DNA of 64,000 bases, from the NCBI GenBank assembly GCA_951406725.2, contig OX597814.1, positions 35,774,001 to 35,838,000 on the forward strand, read 5' to 3'. Source of the DNA: Octopus vulgaris. Taxonomy: Eukaryota. The stretch's first letter is position 1. Every line of letters begins with the position of its first letter. Shown here piece by piece: positions 12,836-25,808 of this stretch. Position numbers and translations under genes: made by a program. The notes under the pieces were generated by a model, which worked only from the letters and a program-made list of their open reading frames with translations, searched no databases and was not told where the DNA came from.

Positions 12836-13336
12836 CCCCTTAACAACGGTTGACGCAAATATGCAATCACACTTTTGCTTGCCTACTCGCGGTTAATGTA
12901 AATATACAATGTAAAGCTGCCCTACATCTATCACAGACTTTTTAGCGGCTGACGTATGTTTACGTTCGATATCGTGTACTTTAGGTGCATGCATTCGCCG
13001 TCCTGTGCATTATCTTAGCTATTTTAGGTTACGTTCAAGTCATGAGACTAGCAGTAGACCAATGACATGCGGATACTTTACATGCATAATACTGTGTTTT
13101 GAGTTGTACCACATGCAAGTTATTTTTTTAATCTGAGCAGAATAACTCGTGCATATCATATTATGATAAATAGCTTCATAAACTGGTAGGCGTAAATGTA
13201 CGACACTATGTTATTGTAATGGTGAATGTAAATAGACGTGAGCTTGTTGGCACTTGTGTGTTTGTGTGGTCTCATTAGATAAAAAAAAAAACAGAGCAGT
13301 GTCTTGCATGCGTCGGGTAATACCGGCATCAAGGGG
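12836..13336. mobile_element. piggyBac-like non-autonomous element (CCCCTT termini, TTAA/TTTA flanks)
   Basis: Left end TTTA|CCCCTTAACAACGG and right end CCGGCATCAAGGGG|TTAA. The interior is visibly richer in CpG than the flanks. Confidence 0.6.
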
Positions 13337-13364
13337 TTAAGAAAACAGAATTTTCCAGAATCAT

Positions 13365-13529
13365 AGGCACAGGCATGACTGTCATATAAAAGTTTACTTC
13401 AGAGCCCTGTGGTTTTAGGTTCATTACTACGTGTGGACACTGCTGGTTAATATCTTCTGCTATAGCCATGGGTTGTCCAATACCTTGTGAGTGAAATTTG
13501 GTAGACAGAAACTAGAAGAGGCCTATTGT

Positions 13530-13570
<41 letters not shown>

Positions 13571-13865
13571 GTGTGCATGTGTGTGTGTGTGTGTGTATGT
13601 GTGTGTGTGTGCATGTGCATATGCATGCATATCTGTGTGCATGTATAAGCATAAAAGAGAGTGTATTTCCTTTGACTTGAGAGGTGTGCTGATTATAAAC
13701 AGCCATCTTCATACAAATAGTGTAATCTGTTTACAGTCCTCCACTAATGCATTTTTAAGCTTATCATTGTTTGATAATCTAGGAGAAACAGGTGAGGTTT
13801 GGCAACAGGAAGAGCATTTGGTTGATCTAAGAAAGCAGGAAAAGCAGATGTTAAAACAATGATGA
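13365..13865 (+). mobile_element. Degenerate B-headed SINE with (GT)n centre and alternative tail
   Basis: Head GGCACAGGCATGACTG...CCTTGTGAGTGAAATTTGGTAGACAGAAAC. Tail GAAACAGGTGAGGTTTGGCAACAGGAAGAGCAT, similar to 43010-43200. Confidence 0.6.
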
Positions 13866-14479
13866 TATTCCTGAATATTTTACATTTTCTCAAATATTTC
13901 AAATATAAAAGATTCTGTCTTTGTTTTCAGAATTACACTGTAAATTATAGCCTGGGCTTACTGGTCTATTAGATAAATGCTAGTAATATGATAGAGTTAA
14001 TTAGCTCAAATACATATGTTCCTTTCAGAAATTGACTGAAATTCTGGTCATAAGAAATATATGTTTCAGGAGAGTAGAAATAATTAAGTGCTTGATTGAT
14101 TCTTCTACATTTTGAATTCAAGTGCTACTGGTGTCTACAATGCAACTAGAGTAATAAATTAAGTACAATTTTTATAGTGAGATTGATTGAATGTACTTTC
14201 TTTAAAGACTTAATCTCTTTAAGAATGGTATTAATCGTGTTCCTTTTTAAGGCCTCCAAGACTGGAACAAAGAAAGGAAAAAGTTAGCAGCAGATCAGAG
14301 GCTTGGACTGGATGTTTGAAGTTGAGAGGACAATGCTACAGGCATACAGTGGCTAGATGATGGTGTTAAACCTGGGAACAAATGAAGTCTACAGCCCCCA
14401 AATGAGAAAGATCATTCTAACAGTCTTGTACACAGTTACTGTCTAACAAATACCACTAAAGATAAAGAAATAATGCTCT

Positions 14480-14695
14480 TCCTCAGGTCCCAGATTCACT
14501 GGAGTATGTAATTTCAGCTGGATTGGATGCCAGTCTATCACAGGAATACTCATTCTGGCCAGCTGAATGAATGGGAACAATGTGAAATGAAATGTTTTGC
14601 TTAAGAACTCAATACATCATCTGGTCCAAGAATTGAAATTACAATCTTTTGATTTTGAGTCCAACACCCTAAACATTAAACCATGCACCTCCACA
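14480..14695 (-). mobile_element. Degenerate SINE family D
   Basis: Similarity to 38045-38306 (CAATGTGAAATGAAATGTTTTGCT.AAGAAC). Confidence 0.6.
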
Positions 14696-17600
14696 TCAAA
14701 TGCCACTTTCAAGGCTTGATAGTAGACCAGTGGCTATGGTAGAAGATATTCTCCCAAGGTGGCATTGAATTGAAACCATGTTGTGAAGTGAACTTCTTAA
14801 CTATAAAGCCATGTTTTGTATCTCAGGAAAAGAAAAGAAAAAAGAAAACAAAAAGTAATTGTCGATATTTACCTGATACAGTTGAATCATTTATTGACTA
14901 TTCTTTTCATGAATATCTTCCTTTTCAGCAGATTTACATTGTTTCATTATGTTGTATATACATTAATTCAGCATTGAATTTAACTAACACAGATTTAATG
15001 GTTTATTCCATTCCAATACAAAAGAGATTGCTAAAGAAGAAGGAAAATAACAAAAGAAAAATTCCTATAGAACAATAACTCAGCACATTGTTTATGCATA
15101 AAAGAAAAGAAGCTATACAAATATAATGACATATAAAAGAAAAATATAATTATATCTAGCAAGTACATAATTAAATGCAGCCAAAGCATAATTGGGATAT
15201 AGTGTAAACATAATTTTTCTAGGGGACAACAACAATAATATATAAGTGTGGGGAGTTCACAATAAAATATAGGACAAAGGTGACGATTTACAGAATATAC
15301 TGTACAGCAACGCAAGGTTTATATTAACACTTCAAATGAATTCACGTCGACTTAATGAGTTAACATTGACTTCATATCCACTTAAGAAGAATTGCTATCT
15401 TTGATGATAAACAAAGATATTTTATACCTTTTCATCAATTGCTGTATCAGAAAGAAAGCCATAGATGACTGAGCTTATAGCCTAATAGAAAATCAGCTAA
15501 AGGGTTGCCAGTTTATAACCAAGTATCACTGACAATTTCATGGTATCAATAGCCAATATAGTTTACTCTCAATGGCCTGTTGTTATTGCTGTTTGCCTCA
15601 TATCAGCCTTGACTCAATAGATTTGGGACCAAAGGCATTCCAGCTTTGACCATATTGCTTTATAGACAGTATTTTGATATTTTCTTTATTAAACGTGTCC
15701 TTTCTCCTTTTAAGATTGTAGTATTTGACACAAAAGGGATTTGGCTGCTATTTCTAGCAGATTGAGTGTTCACATGTAAGTTCCCTTAGTTGATTGTCTA
15801 TATGCAAATAGCCATTATTTGTTTCTTTTTATCATTTAGTCAGGAGGAGAAGCACTGCTCATGGCTCTTTACATGGCCTCCAACACTGTGGAGAGGAGAA
15901 AGGTGTGCTTAATTCAGAGATCCGGTTTAAATGTTAAAGGCTGTCAAGCACCAGGTGATTGTGTTAAATTGGGTGATGGATTACACTTACCACCCAAGTG
16001 GACATAATCTAGACTCAAAAAGCAAAGTGGAACAAATACTATGAGGTATCTAAGCTGATACTTCTACAGTTCTGCCATTCCACTATATCAGATCTGTACT
16101 TTATCAATCGCAGAAGGATAAAAGGAAAATTTGTCTGTGGTCAGTGAGATTTGAACTCATAACACAAGAAGCTTGAATAAATACCACAAAGCATTTTGCA
16201 ATTGCTCTTATTAGTAACATTTTGAAACTGATAAATACGTTTTATTAGCTTGCTGTAAGGAAGTCAAACTTCTCTTGCAGTCAAGGTGTTGACTTTCTCA
16301 ACTCTCAGCCAGTGTATGGAAATATACCATGGTACCTTCTGTGGTTCTTGACTGAAGAAGCTATCCCCTTTCTAAACTATTGTTCGAAAGTGTTGTAGTA
16401 TGCATGTACTTATTCTTGTATCAAAGATGTTATGTCATTTGGGTTATACCTTAGCCTCTGGAGATGATTTTAGTCTATAGTAAATTTTGCATATAGAAGA
16501 AATTTTTACAGAGAACTCCAAATTAGCAAAGCAGTTATTACTGGTCACTGTTGTTTATATCAGTGAATTTGATGCTTGTTTGCAACTATATAGCTCTGGT
16601 CACTGGAAGCTATGTTATTTTGCCAGGAACACAGCTAAATATCATTTATGAAAAATAGAAAAAAGAAAAAGCCTTATTTACAATTCTGCTGTATTTATAA
16701 AGCAGAATTATGAAGCTAAAAACCTCAAATCTGTGATTTTATTCTTGTTGTTGTTGACGATGAGGAAGATGATAAAGATGATGATGATGACAACAGGATA
16801 CTAATAGATAAATAAAAATCAAAAAGTCTCTCTGTTTCGGAATTAATTCATTAAAATTTAGACATCTGATCTTTAAATTATTAATTTTTATGAAGGTCAA
16901 AATGCTATGTTTTTGTCTTTGAAAGGTCATCATACTATATTTTCTGAATAAATGTCTAAGATGGAAATATTTGAACTTTTAAGAGTAATTACGAATTTTC
17001 TCTCTCCTTTAGAACTCCAGTTCCTGATTAATGTATTTCCTTTCTATTGGATTATAAAACACTGAATATGACTGGTGATTTCCTACCAGTTTTTAATAAA
17101 TTTCTCTACTTCTATTATCTATTATGGAATATTAATATATCTCTTTATAACTTATATATTTGGATGTAAGATTCTTATTTGTAGATAGATCACTCGAGCT
17201 ATTCTTCAGCGCAAATGCAGTGGCCAGAAACATAGTATAACATATCAAAGTACCCTTTAGTTCTGCTTCACCTATGAACAACAAGCAAATGAACAAATTT
17301 AATCTCTTAGCAGTTAATCAAAAGTAAAGTAGCCTTCCCACTTATATTGAAGTGGAGTTGTTTTAGTCGATAATTCACACTAGTGTTGGCAACCTTTCTC
17401 TCTTTCTGAAAGGCAAATGACACAATTATCACAAATATCAACATCTCTGTTTGGCATCATTCTATAGTATCCTGATAATAATAATTAAGTATATTACCAT
17501 TTCATAAAGAGTTTACTGTTCACTATATTAGCGAAAAAGGCTTGGAACAAGCAGGCCAATTTCCTACAAAATATTTTGAATTAACATAAACTAATGTGTA

Positions 17601-18169
17601 GAAAAGAATCCACTTAAGAAACAAAATAAATCTGACATATTTTGGGCACTGCTTAGAACATAATATTCTACAGAACAGAACAGCAACAATCATTCTTATT
17701 TCCTTAACATGAATCTAATGCTACTTATAAGAGATAGCATGACTATTAGCCTTATACATGAAAATTATTGATTTTCTTCAAAGGTATTTTTTCTTTTTTA
17801 TATAAGAGATGGAGTGAAGCCAATTCTATTAGCCACAGTATACAACTGGGATTGTGATGCTATTAAACACGCACCCTAGACTACATATAAACACTACGCA
17901 TATTGAGTTATTACTAGGACTTGCTAATGTACTACTAACAATACCATTCAGATCTACTAGTCTTCTGTTTACCCCAACCAACAGTACTACAATAGAATTT
18001 GAAATAATATGGTGTACCTAAACTCAACACCAAGACCAACTGTTAGCTATAGCCTTTCATCTTTACTATCTATTTACAGTGTCTAATCTATGCAAATAAT
18101 TTAAAGAGAAGAGGAGAAACATACACATAAACACACACACAGAGACATATGCACACACGTGCAAACACA

Positions 18170-18172
<3 letters not shown>

Positions 18173-18220
<48 letters not shown>

Positions 18221-18309
18221 ATATGTATATATATATGTATATATATATGTATATATGTATGTATATGTATATATGTATGTATATATATATATATGTATAT
18301 GTATATATG

Positions 18310-18343
<34 letters not shown>

Positions 18344-18382
18344 AATACATATATATATATACATACATACATACATACATAC

Positions 18383-18430
<48 letters not shown>
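18173..18430. repeat. (TA)n/(TATG)n microsatellite
   Basis: Directly visible. Confidence 0.95.
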
Positions 18431-18433
<3 letters not shown>

Positions 18434-18859
18434 GAGTTATATTGAGAAAATATATATAGGGTAGAGAAATTAGAGAAATTTTCTACCAGTGACTAGCATG
18501 CATAAAATAGTCAATAGACAGCATATTTTTCATACAAAATTAGTGTACATTTATGCACAAAATAAGTGACCCTAACAGGACACATTACATGCTAAAAGGA
18601 ACAGTCAAAGTCCAAACCACGGTTACGAGTAATTTTGAAGGAGATGGAAACTAAAAACATTTTCAGTAGTTACCACTTATACCTAGGTTTCGAACATTAA
18701 TGAACAAATAAAATAATTTGTTATCAGCAAGGGTGCTAATAATTAATGTATAATTATGGGACAAATAGAGAGCAAATGTCTCATCTTTATACATTATAAT
18801 TTTTCAAATCCACTACACAAGCACAGTTATATCCAGCAGCAGATAAAAATGAATGTGGT

Positions 18860-19287
18860 CATGAACATGGTCGATGCCAGGTCTGCCTGACAGGCTCCTG
18901 TACTGGTGGCACATAAAAAGCACTATCTGAATGTGATCGATGCCCGGACTGCTTGACTGGCTCCCGTGTCAGTGGCACATATAAAGCACCATCCGAACGT
19001 AACTGATGCCAGTGTCCCCTGACTGACTCCCATGCCGGTTGCACATAAAGGGCATTATCTGAACATGATCGAACCCAGGCTCGCCTGACTGGCTCCTGTG
19101 ATAGTGGCACATAGAAAACCACCCATTCTCATAGTGATTGGCATTAGGAAGGGCATCCAGCTGTAGAAACATTGCCAGATCAGATTGGAGCTTGGTGCAG
19201 CTGCTGGCTCTCCAGATATCAGTCAAACTGTTCAACCCATGCCAGCAGAGAAAACGGATGTTAAACAATGATGATGATGATGATGAT
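18860..19287 (+). mobile_element. Family C copy with four ~66-bp tandem units
   Basis: Units at ~18905, 18971, 19037 and 19103, then the conserved tail and (GAT)n. Confidence 0.85.
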
Positions 19288-19322
19288 ATATATATGTACC
19301 CACATATTTATACACACGCACA

Positions 19323-19375
<53 letters not shown>

Positions 19376-19379
19376 ATAT

Positions 19380-19566
19380 ACTCTTTTATTTGTTTCAGTC
19401 ATTTGACTGTGACCATGCTGGAGCACTATCTTTAGTCAAGTAAATCGACCCCAGGACATTCTTTGTAAGCCTAGTACTTATCCTATCGGTCTTTTGCCAA
19501 ACCGCTAAGTTACAGGGATGTAAACACACTAGCATCAGTTGACAAACACAGACACGCAAACATACA

Positions 19567-19608
<42 letters not shown>

Positions 19609-20137
19609 CACACACATATATATACATGATCGTTACCTGTGTCACCTTACTAGCACTTGTGCTGGTGGCACCGGAAAAAACATTTGAGCGAGGTCGTTGC
19701 TAGTGCCGCTAGACTGGCTCCCGTGCAGGTGGCACATAAAAAGCACCATTTGAGCATGGACGTTGCCAGTACCGCCTGACTGGCCCTCATGCCGGTGGAA
19801 CTTAAAAGCACCCACTACACTCTCAGAGTGGTTGGCGTTAGGAAGGGCATCCAGCTGCAGAAACTCTGCCAGATCAAAATTGGAGTCTGGTGCAGCCATC
19901 TGGTTCACCAGACCTCAGTCAAATCGTCCAAACCATGCTAGCATGGAAAGCAGATGTTAAAAACGATGAGGATGATGATATACTACAGGCTTTTTTCAGT
20001 TTCTATCAACCAAATCCACTCACAAGGCTTTGGTTGGCCCAAGGCTGTAGTAGAAGATACTTGCCCAAGCTGCCATGCAGTGGGACTGAACCCAGAACTA
20101 TGTGGTCGGTAAATAAGCTAATTACTACACAGCGACT

Positions 20138-20140
<3 letters not shown>
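19380..20140 (-). mobile_element. SINE family B interrupted by a + strand family C copy (~19626-19979)
   Basis: B tail at 19380-19620 and B head at 19985-20140, both reverse complement. A C element with 3 units sits in the central microsatellite. Confidence 0.8.
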
Positions 20141-20209
<69 letters not shown>

Positions 20210-20560
20210 CTATATATATATATGTATGCCTACAAATATATTTATAGGAAAATTGAAACATATGTAGAAGACTTCAAGATATAATAGTTTAACAACATCC
20301 TGAGTGTTCATCTCCTTATTCAATTTTCCTAATTTCTAATAACTAAGTAAATGAGTGGAAATCAAGGAGTGTGTTAAATTAATATGGCACTAAAAGAGAA
20401 TGACTCTCTTTAGACACAATAAAATATGCTTCAATATACGAATTCACATAAAGAACCTTGCAAACCAAATACAAAAACGAAACACACACATACACACATA
20501 TCATCATCATCATCATCATCATCATCATTGTTAAACGTCCATCTTCCATGCATGGGTAGG

Positions 20561-20591
<31 letters not shown>

Positions 20592-20759
20592 CAATAGTTT
20601 TGTTTCAGCTTCTGTCTACCAAATCCACCTATAAATATTTGGTCAGCCCGTGGTTATAGTGGAAGACACTTGCTGAAGGTATCAGGCAGTAAAACTAAAC
20701 CTTGAAGTAGTGCCTGGGAAGCACACTTCTTACCAAATAGTCATGCCAATATATATACC

Positions 20760-20990
20760 TATTTCTTTATTACCCACAAGGGGCTAAACACAGAGGGGAC
20801 AACAAGGACAGACATAGGTATTAAGTCGATTACATCGACCCCAGTGCATAACTGGTACTTAATTTATCGACCCCGAAAGGATGAAAGGCAAAGTCGACCT
20901 CGGCGGAATTTGAACTCACAACGTAACGACAGACGAAATACCACTAAGCATTTCACCCGGCATGCTAACGTTTCTGCCAGCTCACCGCCT
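20760..20990 (-). mobile_element. SINE family A, near-consensus
   Basis: TATTTCTTTATTACCCACAAGGGGCTAAACAC...CGACCCCGAAAGGATGAAAGGCAAAGTCGACCTCGGCGGAATTTGAACTC...GCCAGCTCACCGCC. Confidence 0.9.
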
Positions 20991-21199
20991 TACATTATAT
21001 ATATATATATATACCTGACAATATATATACTTGACAATAATATCTGTTATGGATGTGCTGTATTTAAAAACACAATATATATCAGAGGCAGATGAAAACT
21101 TTCTCAAGAGCAGCATGTGGGAATGTTTAGATGCATTTCTGCCTAGTCCAAACAACCACTTATATGTCAGCTCCAATATAGGAGACAGTGAATAAACAG

Positions 21200-21598
<399 letters not shown>

Positions 21599-21648
21599 GT
21601 GTAGCGTTTGTAAGAGTCTGGATTGAATTGATATATCGGTTCCATTCT

Positions 21649-21702
21649 AACAAAAACTGTCTAATGAACGGCAACGAGAAACACAGAGTAACAGATTTTG
21701 TT
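21649..21702 (+). ncRNA. Candidate type-I hammerhead ribozyme fold (G5A variant) inside a ~130-bp insert between (TA)n runs
   Basis: Stem I AACAAAAACTGT/ACAGATTTTGTT (11 of 12 pairs), core CTAATGA, stem II CG-GCAA-CG, then GAAAC-acaga-GTA. Confidence 0.5.
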
Positions 21703-21726
21703 GAATTTTCTGGTGCTTTAAATTAA

Positions 21727-21791
<65 letters not shown>

Positions 21792-22749
21792 TACTCAAAA
21801 AGTTTTAAATTGTAAACCTTGTTGCGAAGAATAAATAGCTGTAAACATTTTTTTAAAATCTCTCCGTGGCATTCGTTAATTAGCTAAATTGCCAATGAGG
21901 GCATTAATTAAATACACCACTAATTAAACACATTGTGAATGACTGCATCGATATGCAAAATAGACAAACCATTTGGCTAAGTGCTGGCTTGTGTTTCATA
22001 TAAACAGCTATGAGCTATCAAACTATTCATAGAGAGAAAACGATGGTACATCTACGAATTATTTTTAATTGAAGGTAAACTTCTAACAATTTCTGTATGT
22101 TGGCTCCCTCAAACAAGTACAATAAGTAATTCATTTAACATTTTTCTTTATGCTATAAGGCTTTTAATTCATGAATTATGTCAATAATTCTGTTAAGAAA
22201 ATTTTAGATTATGTAATATTAAACTTGTTTCAGTCATTGGACTATAGCCATGATAGGCCACTGTCTTGAAGCATACTAATCAGATTTACTCCTTCACTTC
22301 TTGTATAAAATAAGCTTAAAAATTAGGAAAATATATGTACTGGATGTGTTGAAACAGTCATTGTGAGCAATAAAGTTTCTTGTGTCTTCAGTTTTCTCTC
22401 TCTATCATTTGTTTTCTACTCAACATACACTGAGTAATTCCTGAGGTGGATCCAGAAACAATTGTGTAATTACTGTGGATGACGTCAGGTAGCCATAGAC
22501 AAACAACGTGCTAGGAACATAAGGAACATATGCAACGCTTAAATATTAACTTTTAATCCATGCTAGCATGGAAAGCGGACGCTAAACGATGATGATGATA
22601 TATGTGTGTGGTTGTGAAAAAAGATGGTGGAAACTGAAAATTGGGAGGGTTTTAGTTTAACAAATAAAATATTGCAGATTTCTAAGTACAAAAATTAAGT
22701 CAGCAACAATTAACTTTATGAGAAAGTTTGTTATACAGAATATATCACC

Positions 22750-23070
22750 AACCGATCGTGACCAACGCCAGTACCCACTGATTGGCTCCTGTACTGGTGA
22801 CATGTAGAAAGCACCATCTGAACATGATCATTGCCAGGCCCGCCTTACTGGCTCCTGTGCCAGTGACACGTAAAAAGCACCCACTACACTCTCAGAGTGG
22901 TTGGTGTTAGGAAGGGCATCCAGCAGTAGAAACTCTGCCAAACCAGACTGGAGTCTGGTGCAGCTACTAGCTCTCCAGACCTCAGTCAAACCGTCCAACC
23001 CATACCAGCATAGGAAATGGACGTTAATTGATGATGATGATGATGATGATGACAATGATGACGATGATGA
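22750..23070 (+). mobile_element. Family C copy (2 units)
   Basis: Conserved tail plus (GAT)n. Confidence 0.85.
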
Positions 23071-23085
23071 TATATATACATACAT

Positions 23086-23116
<31 letters not shown>

Positions 23117-23122
23117 TATACA

Positions 23123-23216
<94 letters not shown>

Positions 23217-23472
23217 TATATACATGTATATGCTAAAGCAGACAACTTGCAAGCTGAATTCAAATATAAACACTTTGTCTTATGTACAATATCACTGGAG
23301 ACATGAAAAGAGGTTTCTGTCTACCTACCTATCTGTCTGTCTATCTGTCTGTCTGTCTATCTGCCTGTCTGTCTATGAATGTTTGCTTTTATGTTCAGTT
23401 ATAATAAAAAATAATTTTAAATTAGTCTAAAAGTTTACTATATACATTTGTAGAGCATAATAAATATATGAT

Positions 23473-23473
23473 G

Positions 23474-23562
<89 letters not shown>

Positions 23563-23582
23563 TAAATAATAATAATGATAAT
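23473..23582. repeat. (TAA)n microsatellite
   Basis: Directly visible. Confidence 0.95.
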
Positions 23583-23587
23583 ACTAT

Positions 23588-23700
23588 AAGAGCATCACAA
23601 CAAACTACAGTACATTCCCAAGGCACACAGAGCTGCGCTCGGTAGTGAAGTGAAAGCACGATATAAAAATAAAACTATTGATTAATAATAATAATGATAA
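23588..23700 (+). mobile_element. Severely 5'-truncated R4/Dong-like 3' UTR with (TAA)n tail
   Basis: TAAGAGCATCACAACAAAC.ACAG.ACAT...AAGGCACACAGAGCTG.GCTCGGTAGTG matches 23996-24060. Confidence 0.75.
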
Positions 23701-24103
23701 TACAAGAAAAAATGCTTTCTAATTAATGTAGCAATACCAACAGATAACAATGTTTATGCAAAAGAAACAGAGAAACTTTCAAAATACAAAGATCTGGAAA
23801 TAGAGGTAACTCGAATGTGGAACCTAAAAGCAGAAACAATTCCTATTATAGTAGGTGCATTAGGTATGATAAAAAAGACATTCAGACAAATACATAACAA
23901 AAACCCCAGGACTAACAAGTATATATAACATACAGAAAATAGCACTACTAAGCACTGCGCACATCCTGTGTAAAACACTTTCAATACATTAACAGTAAGA
24001 GCATCACAACAAACCACAGCACATACTCAAGGCACACAGAGCTGTGCTCGGTAGTGCAGTAAATGCACTGGTAAGAATAAGACAACTGAGTAATAACAAT
24101 AAT
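23701..24103 (+). mobile_element. R4/Dong-clade non-LTR retrotransposon 3' fragment (restriction-like endonuclease C-terminus plus 3' UTR)
   Basis: KKCFLINVAIPTDNNVYAKETEKLSKYKDLEIEVTRMWNLKAETIPIIVGALGMIKK, frameshift, then HSDKYITKTPGLTSIYNIQKIALLSTAHILCKTLSIH*. These are the RLE motifs EK..KY.DL, P+++GALG and +QK.ALL.TA.IL. Confidence 0.9.
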
Positions 24104-24104
24104 A

Positions 24105-24686
24105 AATGCCCTGATGCTGTACCAGGCATTGGCTCATTTGGCTTCTGTTCTTAACTGATTGGAAGTGTTATTATGTATGTGTTTTGTCTTGGTATAAAAG
24201 ATAAGCTACAGCAAATATTCTGCTCAATACCATAGATTTGCTTGGCAGTTGTTTGACCTTAGTCATTTGAGTATGTCCCTTAGTAGCTGATGATATGTGT
24301 ATCTCTGATCATGAGCAGAAGTAGTTGGGTAACATCATAGCTATGTGTTGAGAGGAATTTTAGGGGTTTGAATAATTCACCTCTGGAAACATGGACGTTT
24401 TGTTCAACATTCTTAAACAACCCTTATTCAAGGACCTTTTGATTGGGATGGTCTACTCAACCTAAAAAAACTTGTAACTGGATCCCACCTGCAAGGTCAG
24501 GTCATGTGCTGTTTATCTTGATATGAGATCACCATGTTATGCACATATTGGTGTGATGCATATGCCTGGTGTACCCTTATCAGACAGGTAGTCATGATGG
24601 GTATATTGGGCATCGTATATTTTATCCCAGTGTCACTTTGATGGTACACACTGCTATCTCACTCAATAATAATAATAATAATGATG

Positions 24687-24723
<37 letters not shown>

Positions 24724-24730
24724 TAATAAT

Positions 24731-24735
<5 letters not shown>
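24105..24735 (+). mobile_element. Unclassified ~560-bp interspersed repeat (family F) with (AAT)n tail
   Basis: Colinear with the reverse complement of 39714-40203. No tRNA boxes or ORF recognised. Confidence 0.8.
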
Positions 24736-24782
<47 letters not shown>

Positions 24783-24784
<2 letters not shown>

Positions 24785-24963
24785 GTAAAAAGCACCCACT
24801 ACACTCACGGAGTGGTTGGCGTTAGGAAGGGCATCCAGCTGTAGAAACATTGCCAGATAAGACTGGAGCCTGGTGCAGCCTTCTGACTTCCCAGATCCCC
24901 GGGCGAACCGTCCAACCCATGCTAGCATGGAGAACGGACGTTAAGCGATGATGATGATGATGA
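24783..24963 (+). mobile_element. Family C tail (single unit)
   Basis: ACGTAAAAAGCACCCACTACACTC...GGACGTTAAGCGATGATG. Confidence 0.85.
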
Positions 24964-25311
24964 TACACACACAAATAGATAACCACAAACACAAACAGAC
25001 ACACACACACACACATTTATATATGTGTAGTGTTTGCTAAGAATCTATAGATATATTCTGTAGTGTAGCATTGCAGTTTTAAATGCAAGGCAGAGAGCAT
25101 GACAAGGCTGTACATTTTGAATTACTGATGCAACTCACACGGCTGGCTTCTGTTTAGTTTCTGTCTACTAAATTTCACTCACAATGTACGATTCGACTCA
25201 AAACTACAGAATACCATGGTTGCTTAAATGCTGTCATGCAACGGGATTGAACCCGTGACCTCATGATTGGGAAATGAACTTCTTAACCATTGAGCCATAC
25301 GGTGCCTCTGA

Positions 25312-25344
<33 letters not shown>

Positions 25345-25481
25345 TGTGTGTGTGTGAGACTGTTTTCTGATGCATTTATGTATTTATTTCAGACTTGTTG
25401 ATTAGTGCGCTTCACTTCAGTCAACTGCTTGAAACATGAAACCTTTAGGTATGTAGAAATAATCCAGTTTATGAAAATACT

Positions 25482-25497
25482 ATTATATATATATATA

Positions 25498-25590
<93 letters not shown>

Positions 25591-25739
25591 ATATATATAT
25601 GTATATATATATTTATAAATATTTATATATATATGTATATATATATTTATATATATATGTATATATATATGTATATATATATGTATGTATATATATGTAT
25701 ATATATATATATGTATACATGTATATATATGTATATATG

Positions 25740-25808
<69 letters not shown>

